A DNA stretch of 55,099 nucleotides, from assembly GCA_938091905.1 (NCBI GenBank), contig CALKOM010000063.1, positions 1 to 55,099 of the forward strand, given 5' to 3'. Of this stretch, positions 47,529 to 55,099 are shown in pieces (position 1 is the stretch's first letter; each line of letters begins with the position of its first letter). The notes beneath the pieces were generated by a model. It had not been told where the DNA came from. It searched no databases and was given only the letters and a program-made list of their open reading frames with translations. A program made the position numbers and the translations under genes. The DNA is from an uncultured Verrucomicrobiales bacterium. GTDB taxonomy: Bacteria; Verrucomicrobiota; Verrucomicrobiia; Verrucomicrobiales; DEV007.

Positions 47529-48242
47529 GTGATGATGATAAATTTTCTTTTCAAATTCTTGGTGGTCGCGGTCCTCGGCAGCGCGTGTTTCGCTCAGGAA
47601 AGGGAGCCTGCGGCACCACTTCCTGATGGCGTCAGCGAACCGTTAGGGCTCGATCAGTTTCAGGATCTCCTATCCAATTCACCGTTCCGCCGGTTGATGA
47701 GTTTCTCCGAAGATCTTGTGCTTACTGGCGTAGCGAAATTGCCTGAGGGTACGGTGGTGACAGTCTACGATCAGCGGGCCAAAGAAACTTACAGTGTTGC
47801 AGCGGCGGAGAACGTGCAGGGCTGGCGTTTGGTTGGTGTCACGGGTGGAGAGGAATTGGATGATGTCGAGGCTCGGATTCTGATCGGTAAGCAAGAGGTC
47901 ATGCTACGTTTTGATCAACGTCGCCTCACCCCAGAGTCGATTCGGCGTGGTCGACCTCGACGTGTGAAGCCAGCGCAGTCTCCGGAGAAGCCCTCGGTAG
48001 AGCAATGGCTTGCGCAGCTAGATACGAACCTACTGAAGAACTACGATCAGTTAGACGACACCTACAAAGACCGATTTCGTTACAGCTTTGAGAGTTATCT
48101 CGAATCTTTTCCCAACGCGAGTTCAGAACTGCGCACCCTGACGGCGCGGGAGAGGCTGGATGCGGTGCAGGAGCAACAAACTATCGAACGTCAGGCGACA
48201 ACCAAGCCATTAGAAACTCTAGACGTCGGATCTCCGCAATGA
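47529..48242 (+). CDS. Hypothetical T2SS-associated protein (GspC-like position)
   Basis: Hydrophobic N-terminus; SPF...LVLTGV..GWRLV segment reminiscent of a GspC HR domain; overlaps the gspD start. Confidence 0.5.
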   Translation: MMMINFLFKFLVVAVLGSACFAQEREPAAPLPDGVSEPLGLDQFQDLLSNSPFRRLMSFSEDLVLTGVAKLPEGTVVTVYDQRAKETYSVAAAENVQGWRLVGVTGGEELDDVEARILIGKQEVMLRFDQRRLTPESIRRGRPRRVKPAQSPEKPSVEQWLAQLDTNLLKNYDQLDDTYKDRFRYSFESYLESFPNASSELRTLTARERLDAVQEQQTIERQATTKPLETLDVGSPQ

Positions 48243-50509
48243 ATCTCCATTCCCTGAATACCCCCATCGTCATCTTGACCCTGTTCGTCGGGGGGGTGCT
48301 AGCACATGCACAAGAAGCGGATCCTGGGGAGCAAGGAGTTGTGCTCCAGTTTCCTAACAATCCTGTCTCAGACCTATTGGAGGTTTATGAGAAACTTACG
48401 GGTCGTTCAGTGATCAAGCGTTCGGAAATTTTTGACGGCAATACGATCAGCCTGGTGACTCCGAAGGCGGTGAGTCGGCAAGAGGCGATCCGATTGATCG
48501 AGAGTTCTCTTCAGTTGAACGACTTCGCTTTGGCGATGGACGAACAAAACAATACGATTCGCATCATGCCTGAGGACACGCATCAGGCGAACATCCACGT
48601 AGGTTTGCCAGTGCTCGATATTTCTAAGCCTCTGCCCGAGAATGATGTCGTGATTGAGTACTTCATGCGCCTGGATCACGTTGATCCGGTGGAGGCAGCC
48701 TCTATCTTCACCAATCATCTCGGTCTCAATCCCTATGGTCGAATCACACCGGTCATCAGCCCAGCAGGATTGCTCATCACTGAGAATAGCTCCATTGTTC
48801 GCCAGCTCATTCAGCTCAAGGGAGTGATCGATGTGAAGCATGACAGGGCTGAACAACTTACGGAGTTCGTTGAGATTCAGTACGCTGAAGCTAGCGTCAT
48901 TGCCCAGATTATTCAGGCTACGCTATCGAATCGTCCTGACAGACCGGCATCCGGCGATGCGACCTTCTCCAGCGGAGGGCTCCGCAATCATCGGCAATCT
49001 GACGACGAAGATCCTCCACAAGTGATCGCAGATGATCGGCTCAATCGGATCATGATCGTGGCTAGTCCTAAAGACCATCGCTATATTGTGGAGCTCATTC
49101 GGGAATGGGACAGACCGATTGAAGCGGCGGATCAATTGGAACGTCCGTTGAAATACCTCTACGTTGACGAAGTGTTGCCAGTGTTAGTAGACGTGCTGCA
49201 AGATACGGGGACGGGCTCCAGCACGCTTCCTGGTGGCGGGACCATTAGTACTCGTCAGCCTCCACAAGCATCATCTGCTGCGAGTACCCTTACGGGGCGG
49301 ATTCGGCGTGGTGTCCAAGTCCGTGACACGACTACCGGTAACGTTGCGGGTGAGCAGGACATGCTTATTAATCCGCTAGACAACACCGCGCCCATTTCTG
49401 TTTCTGTAGGCAAGACGCGCATTGTCGCTGATTTGCAGGCAAATAGTATCATTGCTATGGGGCCGCGTGAGTCGTTGAAGAAGATCAATGATATTCTAGA
49501 CAAGCTTGATAGAAAGCCACCTCAGGTCTATCTTGCGACGGTGATCGGGCAATTGACACTCGATGACGATCTGAACTTGGGCGTGGAATACCTGCAACAG
49601 TTTAAAGAGATCAATAATAGTCCATTTACACAAGGCGGCACGGCTAGCCTTCTCTCTCGTACCTCCTTGCGGGATGCTATTGGGGACGTGAGGGACAATA
49701 TTCTGACCGGGGGTGTTGAAGCCGTCGCTCCTGGATTGAATGTGTATGGGCAGCTTGGACAGTCGCTCGATGTCTTTGTCAGTTTACTGGAATCGACCTC
49801 AAAGTTCAAAGTCTTATCTCGGCCTTCTATCTATGCGGCGAACAACAAGAAAGCAGTCATTACATCGGGTCAGCGCATTCCTGTCCCTACGAGTACCCTG
49901 ACGGATTTCGAGGGGGATTCCACGAACGTACGCACGAATATTGAGTTCCAGGATGTTGTCCTCAAACTTGAGGTCGTTCCCTTGATTAACAGTGATCAGG
50001 AAGTCACACTTACCATCGCTCAGGTGAATGACAACGTGGTGGGGCAACAACGCGTGGCTGATAACACCGTGCCTATCATCGGTACTGAGAAGCTAACGAC
50101 CACGGTGACCATACCGAATCGATCCACGGTTGTCCTTGGGGGACTCATCACCGAAAGCGAGGATAAGACCGATGAGGGCATCCCATTGGTCAGTAGAATT
50201 CCTGTCATTGGCCAAGCATTCAAGAGTTCGACGTCCAATACCACCAGGAAGGAGCTCGTCGTCTTTATTCAGCCCACGGTGGTTCAGGACGACTCCGAAC
50301 TCTACACTGCAAGCCGCTCGGAGGACCTTCGAACGTCCGTAGGTGCAGATGTAGCAGAGACCTTTCCTTCCGCTGACGCCGTTCTGGCGAAAGAAGAGGC
50401 TGACCAACGGCAAGGGCGCCCTTCAACAAGGGGCGTGAATGCGGAGAAGGACGCGGGCAAACTCAAGCGCTGGACTTGGCGCTCGTTGATCCCAGGCAAA
50501 CAGAATTAG
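48239..50509 (+). CDS. gspD: T2SS secretin
   Basis: N0/N1-N3 repeats (IADDRLNRIMI, VADLQANSII); secretin core with LSRPSI..NNKKAVITSGQRIP, LKLEVVPLIN, VLGGLI and IPLVSRIPVIG. Confidence 0.94.
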   Translation: MNLHSLNTPIVILTLFVGGVLAHAQEADPGEQGVVLQFPNNPVSDLLEVYEKLTGRSVIKRSEIFDGNTISLVTPKAVSRQEAIRLIESSLQLNDFALAMDEQNNTIRIMPEDTHQANIHVGLPVLDISKPLPENDVVIEYFMRLDHVDPVEAASIFTNHLGLNPYGRITPVISPAGLLITENSSIVRQLIQLKGVIDVKHDRAEQLTEFVEIQYAEASVIAQIIQATLSNRPDRPASGDATFSSGGLRNHRQSDDEDPPQVIADDRLNRIMIVASPKDHRYIVELIREWDRPIEAADQLERPLKYLYVDEVLPVLVDVLQDTGTGSSTLPGGGTISTRQPPQASSAASTLTGRIRRGVQVRDTTTGNVAGEQDMLINPLDNTAPISVSVGKTRIVADLQANSIIAMGPRESLKKINDILDKLDRKPPQVYLATVIGQLTLDDDLNLGVEYLQQFKEINNSPFTQGGTASLLSRTSLRDAIGDVRDNILTGGVEAVAPGLNVYGQLGQSLDVFVSLLESTSKFKVLSRPSIYAANNKKAVITSGQRIPVPTSTLTDFEGDSTNVRTNIEFQDVVLKLEVVPLINSDQEVTLTIAQVNDNVVGQQRVADNTVPIIGTEKLTTTVTIPNRSTVVLGGLITESEDKTDEGIPLVSRIPVIGQAFKSSTSNTTRKELVVFIQPTVVQDDSELYTASRSEDLRTSVGADVAETFPSADAVLAKEEADQRQGRPSTRGVNAEKDAGKLKRWTWRSLIPGKQN

Positions 50510-50520
50510 CGTTAGCGATA

Positions 50521-50913
50521 ATGCCTGTTCGTAGTCGCACGGTCCTCGCGATTGTCTTTGCGATTGTCGTGGCCTTTGGGCTTGCCTCTCGTAAGTTCGA
50601 TCATCATTTTCCGCACATCCTATCCGATCATGCAGGCGATGTACTTTGGACGATCGCAGTCTACATCACCTTAGCCTGGTTGTTTCCCCGTGCTTCGCTT
50701 TGGAGGCTCGGGGGCGCGGCCCTTGCCATTAGCTTTGTTGTCGAACTGAGCCAACTTTCTGACATGGCTTGGCTGGTCAATCTTAGAAAGACGCTACCTG
50801 GTCGTCTTCTTCTAGGATCCGGGTTTGTCTGGATCGATTTGGTTCGTTACACCATCGGTGCAACGCTAGCTGTCGGTGTTGATTCGATATGGTCTAGCAG
50901 AAAGGCGTCTTGA
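50521..50913 (+). CDS. DUF2809 (YjgA-like) membrane protein
   Basis: GLASR, GDVLW, VELSQL and LLLGSGFVWIDL motifs. Confidence 0.8.
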   Translation: MPVRSRTVLAIVFAIVVAFGLASRKFDHHFPHILSDHAGDVLWTIAVYITLAWLFPRASLWRLGGAALAISFVVELSQLSDMAWLVNLRKTLPGRLLLGSGFVWIDLVRYTIGATLAVGVDSIWSSRKAS

Positions 50914-51384
50914 TTAGGGCTCAACCGTTCGAATCAAGTGAGCCATGTATTGCGAGCAAGTGTTCGAATTCTCCTCTGGTGCCCAAGTGGCAAAGTTCTC
51001 TGGCGTCAGGGGTGTGTAAGGACCTCGTTTGAATTCCAAGACCACAGTATTGTCAGAGAGGCAGGTAACCCCGTGCCATTGCTGATCGGGAATTTCACAG
51101 AGGTAGGTGCCTTTGGCAGGATCAAGGATGACAGACTTGTTTATGGAGCCATCGTTATGGAAAGTGAAACAAGCGCAACGTCCTTGCAGGATAATTAACG
51201 TTTCCTTCTTGTAGGGCTCTGGGTGCCTGTGAGGGCGAACATAGGTTCCAGGTTGCATGGCGATGAGTAATCGCTGAACGTCCTCCTCAAGGTCTTCGTG
51301 AAGATTTAGATGGGCTCTTCGTCTTGGTGAAGCGGTGGCTTCACGACAGAGTCTATCAATGGTCTCTAGCGCTACCTCTTTCAT
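50914..51384 (-). CDS. WbuC family cupin-fold metalloprotein
   Basis: SPRRRAHLNLH, VQRLL.AMQPGTYVRPHRH, WH and EFKRGPY.P....A.WAPEE motifs. Confidence 0.88.
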   Translation of the reverse strand: MKEVALETIDRLCREATASPRRRAHLNLHEDLEEDVQRLLIAMQPGTYVRPHRHPEPYKKETLIILQGRCACFTFHNDGSINKSVILDPAKGTYLCEIPDQQWHGVTCLSDNTVVLEFKRGPYTPLTPENFATWAPEENSNTCSQYMAHLIRTVEP

Positions 51385-51402
51385 GAATGAGTATCGGTTT
51401 CC

Positions 51403-51681
51403 TTAGCCCAAGCTCTTTGTGCGGATGCCGACTTCCTGAACTTTGCTCAGTAGGAATGTCTTGGCAGCTGTTGGCATCTGAGCGACAGGAAGCACCCAGT
51501 AACCTGTGTCCGAGTAGAAGAGGATGAACGAATTCTCAAGAGTCCACAGTGTGCGAATGCGTTCCCAGGGAACAATGCGTCGACGGTAGCGTGATGCTCT
51601 GGCCACGCCTTGGCTGCTGAGCACGTAACTCATGCCGGCTCTGCCAGGTCTAGTGACTTTGAATTCGTGTGCTTCGCCCAT
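51403..51681 (-). CDS. YcxB-like C-terminal domain protein, possibly truncated
   Basis: PWERI..LW....FILF.....YWVLP pattern; 92 aa with no N-terminal TM helices. Confidence 0.45.
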   Translation of the reverse strand: MGEAHEFKVTRPGRAGMSYVLSSQGVARASRYRRRIVPWERIRTLWTLENSFILFYSDTGYWVLPVAQMPTAAKTFLLSKVQEVGIRTKSLG

Positions 51682-51692
51682 GGAAATGACCG

Positions 51693-54600
51693 CTACCGGC
51701 CATGTCGACTATGCGCATTACTGCTAGCTGTCAAGCCGCCAACGTGAGGTTGGTACATCGGAGAGATCTGGGTCGACGGCCATGCAAAGCTCCCGGCCGC
51801 TGTGACGCGGGCCAGGATCGCATAACGATGGTTCCCTGGCGGGACATGATCAAAGTAGAGATTTGCCGATTGATCGCGGAGTTCGCTGTGATCGAGAGCG
51901 ATGGTGGGTTGCGCTTCGCCTGGTAATTTGTAGACTTGTGCGATTTGTGGCAGATTGAAATTCGCGGTTTCGATACCAGCAGGCAACTCATCTGAGAGCG
52001 CCACATAGTAGTGATGTTTCCTTGTGTGGAATCGGTATTCGAGGAGCAGCTCATCGCCGATCTGATAGGGCGTTTCTTCTGTGCTAACGCGTTTAGGATC
52101 GGTGAGGTTGGTGACGACTCGTTCTAAACGAAACCCACGATCTTCAGCTAAGGAGACGTCGCCGCCTCGTAACATGGCTGCGCGTATGAAGTAGTGACGA
52201 TCTGCATTTCCGGTAGCTAGATCGAGTTTGAGATCTCGAAGGTGCTCCAATGGCTGCGTCTTCCACGCGATAGAAACGAGGTTGGCTGAAACGTAGTCAG
52301 GGCTTGGCTGAATCTGATCTTGATCGAAGGTGGCGTCCTTCTCGATCTCAACAAATTCCTTTAAGAGTAGCGTCTTCCAGAAATGCTCTTGGGTGGACAA
52401 GGTGACGGTGCCTTGGTCCTCGAGATGTTTGAGAAAGGCTTCGCTGAGGTTGCGGCGTTCTTGCAACGAGGCGAGCCGAGTCTTGGTGAGCCAGCGCAAG
52501 GCCTGATCGCGATAGAGAGAGCCGAAGGTCTCTGGCTCAAAGTCGCGCTGGCGTTCTCGTGCTTCGTTCTCTAATACCTTGGCGAGTTGGGCCTGCTCCT
52601 TTTCCATGACGCCGAAGCGATTCATAGCGAGAGTGAGCAGGGTGAGCCCATCGAGGCTGAGTTCGCCACGCCTGGCATAGAGATCGGTGATCAACGCTTG
52701 CATACCATGGACAGCGTGACCGGTTTCGGCATAAGCAAAGAGGGCGAAAGTCCGAGTGGTGAGATGAATGTCAGGTCGTTTGCGTCGGCCATGAACAATG
52801 GTTTGGAAGCTCTTGTCGAGTCCTGCTTCCAAGCCTACGGAGACGGTAACGCCCTGTGATTTCGCAGATTTAGTTAGCCAATAGGCCATGACGGTTACCC
52901 AGTCGTTAGGCTCCCGGCCTCCAGACCAGTAAGGGATGAAGCCTGACTCAAGTTGGGCGTTCTCATACTCAGCGAGTCCTTCTTGCAGGCGGTCGCGGTA
53001 GTTTGCATGGCGGTTCTTGAGTTCTGGAAGGTAGTCGAGCAGGCTTAGCATCTGAGTGTAGCTCAGATATCGGGTCGCTTTCTGTTCAAAGCAGCCGTGA
53101 GGATACTTCAGGATCTCGGGCATGCTGTTCAGCTCAGGAAGATAAGGTGTGTGCGAGACCGTCATGTCGTAACTTCCGGTTGTGCTGTTCCACGACTCTG
53201 GCAGTTTCTCATAGAGAGGGAATCTGGCATCTTTTTTCGAGATGATGCCGTAGTGTCCTGTGCGCTGAATGATGCCAGGAAGGCGGACGGGAAGCTCTAG
53301 TTCCACCGCGTCCTCCAGGCTAGGCTCGTCTTCGCAATGGGCTTGGAAGCTTACCTTGATGGCGCCTCCTCCAAGGATACGACAAGGGAATCGGACGACC
53401 TGCGGGAGTCCTTTGGATAGTCCAATGGTGGCATTTTGCGACCCGATCAGCCATTCGATCTCACCTTCGACCTGGCATTGAATGGTGACTTGAGCATTGT
53501 CGACGTAGTTCTGACGGACGACCGCACGTAATTCAATTTGCTCGCCACGTCGCACGAACCGCGTGAGGGCAGGTTCTACCATCAGTCGCTTGGCGACCTT
53601 GAGGTACGATTCGCCTTGGCCAAACTGGTGCTCCTTGGTCTGCGCAATGGCGACCAAGTGGTAGCTCGTAAAATTGTCAGGTGCAGTGAACTCGAAAGTT
53701 GCCTCGTCATTAGCGTTAGTTCGAACCTGCGTTTTCCAGAAAGCTAAGGCGCGGAAGTCTTTCCTGAACGATTGTGGGCTTTCTGAGTGGGCGCTGTCGG
53801 CGGGGGAAAAGGCGTCGTCGACACCGCCGCCAATGATGAAGCCTTTCTCGGTCACATCGCGTTCTTCAAATTTCGATACATGGTCACCCAGCCCACGATA
53901 GGCCGCGACTCCAAGATAGCGCTTTGGATACACTTGGGAGAACCAATCTGGCATTTGCCAGTTACCTAATCGATGGACGGCATCGTCCACGGCCAAGATG
54001 GTGAGATCGGCACCGGGGACAGGATGTCCCTGGCAATGGACGCGAACCAAGCCAGTAACACCCTCGCCCGGTTGGACGGGACTTTCCGTTAGAATCGGTT
54101 GAACATCCAACACGAGATCTGGGCGGTCCACGGTGATGTCAGTTGTCCCGTAGCGTTCCATGGGAAGACGATCGAGGCCGCCGGGATGAAGTAAATATAC
54201 GGAGACATGGACGTTCGGATGATAGGAAGGCTTGATCGGTAAGGAGATCGTTTGATTGTTAGCGGGAAGGTTGACGAGAAACTGATCGATGATCCGATTT
54301 GTTTCTACTGTGACCCAAGCTTGTCCTCCAAAGGGGGCTTCGAGATCAATTTGTGCGATATCTTGGCCAGCGAGGTAGCGTTTCTTGTCTAATTGAAGGG
54401 TGATCTCGCCATCATTGTAGACATCATAGCTGCCCACGCCGTCGCCTACAGAATGAATTGTGGTGCTGACAGCAGGCGCGGTCGGGTTTTTCGTGAGCTT
54501 TGCGTAGGCAATGTAGTGGCCAGTTTCTTCTGGCGTAAACGGGTAGCTGTCGCCGCTCTTGATAGCGATGGTCTTGATGCGATGATAGTTGGGGTAGTTG

Positions 54601-55099
54601 CGGTAGCGATAGACATTCGAGCCTAGGCGCTCTTTAACCGTTTGGGTGTTTCGGCGATAGATTGTTAGTTCGACAGGGAGGCCCACTTGTTCCCTATCTT
54701 GGCGATCAAAGGCAAACGCTTTGGCGATAAGCGCGGGATCGTTCGGTGTATCGTCAGAGGCGCGTGTCCATTGAATGGCTGCGTAATGAGAATGAGGCCG
54801 AATTATGGTGCGATTGCTAGATGAGATCACTCGGCCTTCTGGAGAAATGATGTCGGCACGGAATTGCACCTGATAGGCACCAACGGGCAGGTTGCCGTCT
54901 TGTGGCTGCCATCGGATGTCTTGGTAGCGTGCTTCATGGGAAGCCGTGCCTGGAAGCTTACCAGTCGCCGTGATCTCTAAGTCGAAAGCATCGGTGAGTA
55001 ATTCCGTTTGGAAGTCACCAATGATCTTGCCGGTGAAGGGATCTCTGGCCGCTCGTTCATGCTCGCGTAGGCGGCTTTCAATCACGGCGAACCTTTCCA
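51693..55099 (-). CDS. Bacterial alpha-2-macroglobulin family protein (5' partial)
   Basis: LDKKRY..G, AVDDAV, FRKDF..LAFW, PDNFTSY, thioester motif YPHGCFEQ and DELPAGIE...MYQP; the frame runs to the window edge. Confidence 0.93.
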   Translation of the reverse strand, partial: ERFAVIESRLREHERAARDPFTGKIIGDFQTELLTDAFDLEITATGKLPGTASHEARYQDIRWQPQDGNLPVGAYQVQFRADIISPEGRVISSSNRTIIRPHSHYAAIQWTRASDDTPNDPALIAKAFAFDRQDREQVGLPVELTIYRRNTQTVKERLGSNVYRYRNYPNYHRIKTIAIKSGDSYPFTPEETGHYIAYAKLTKNPTAPAVSTTIHSVGDGVGSYDVYNDGEITLQLDKKRYLAGQDIAQIDLEAPFGGQAWVTVETNRIIDQFLVNLPANNQTISLPIKPSYHPNVHVSVYLLHPGGLDRLPMERYGTTDITVDRPDLVLDVQPILTESPVQPGEGVTGLVRVHCQGHPVPGADLTILAVDDAVHRLGNWQMPDWFSQVYPKRYLGVAAYRGLGDHVSKFEERDVTEKGFIIGGGVDDAFSPADSAHSESPQSFRKDFRALAFWKTQVRTNANDEATFEFTAPDNFTSYHLVAIAQTKEHQFGQGESYLKVAKRLMVEPALTRFVRRGEQIELRAVVRQNYVDNAQVTIQCQVEGEIEWLIGSQNATIGLSKGLPQVVRFPCRILGGGAIKVSFQAHCEDEPSLEDAVELELPVRLPGIIQRTGHYGIISKKDARFPLYEKLPESWNSTTGSYDMTVSHTPYLPELNSMPEILKYPHGCFEQKATRYLSYTQMLSLLDYLPELKNRHANYRDRLQEGLAEYENAQLESGFIPYWSGGREPNDWVTVMAYWLTKSAKSQGVTVSVGLEAGLDKSFQTIVHGRRKRPDIHLTTRTFALFAYAETGHAVHGMQALITDLYARRGELSLDGLTLLTLAMNRFGVMEKEQAQLAKVLENEARERQRDFEPETFGSLYRDQALRWLTKTRLASLQERRNLSEAFLKHLEDQGTVTLSTQEHFWKTLLLKEFVEIEKDATFDQDQIQPSPDYVSANLVSIAWKTQPLEHLRDLKLDLATGNADRHYFIRAAMLRGGDVSLAEDRGFRLERVVTNLTDPKRVSTEETPYQIGDELLLEYRFHTRKHHYYVALSDELPAGIETANFNLPQIAQVYKLPGEAQPTIALDHSELRDQSANLYFDHVPPGNHRYAILARVTAAGSFAWPSTQISPMYQPHVGGLTASSNAHSRHGR

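Noticed and set aside
1..55099. Numerous short overlapping or antisense ORFs in the track; mobile elements; RNA genes
   Set aside because: The short ORFs are shadows of well-supported genes; no transposase, integrase, tRNA or rRNA signatures were recognised.

Overview
A 55 kb bacterial chromosomal window, most likely Verrucomicrobiota (inferred from a PEP-CTERM protein, large LamG/TSP3 secreted proteins and a Verrucomicrobia-style T2SS). In order it contains: (i) an amidohydrolase; (ii) a decaying block with an unannotated membrane-protein pseudogene, a ~4.7 kb EEP-phosphodiesterase/LamG gene broken by a stop and two frameshifts, and a PEP-CTERM gene with an amber codon in its signal peptide; (iii) a TPR-sulfotransferase; (iv) a tightly coupled 10-gene minus-strand operon in which the known aminophosphonate enzymes PhnA, PhnY, PhnW and PbfA sit with a second class-III PLP enzyme, a DUF5690 membrane protein, a second aldehyde dehydrogenase, a HAD hydrolase, a class-I glutamine amidotransferase and an SDR, preceded by a perfect palindrome; (v) a pseudogenised metallophosphoesterase lipoprotein; (vi) a XylR-type regulator divergent from an alkaline-phosphatase-superfamily/LamG gene, two giant modular secreted proteins, a ROK protein and a GcvT-family oxidoreductase; (vii) a T2SS cluster gspE-F-G-H-I-J-K-L-M-(C-like)-D; (viii) DUF2809, WbuC and YcxB-like genes and a partial alpha-2-macroglobulin. 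The best candidates for an undescribed system are the extended phosphonate operon and a shared ~70-aa C-terminal module on four secreted proteins encoded near the T2SS. No rRNA, tRNA, CRISPR array or mobile element was recognised. All family calls come from motif recognition by eye; no database searches were run.
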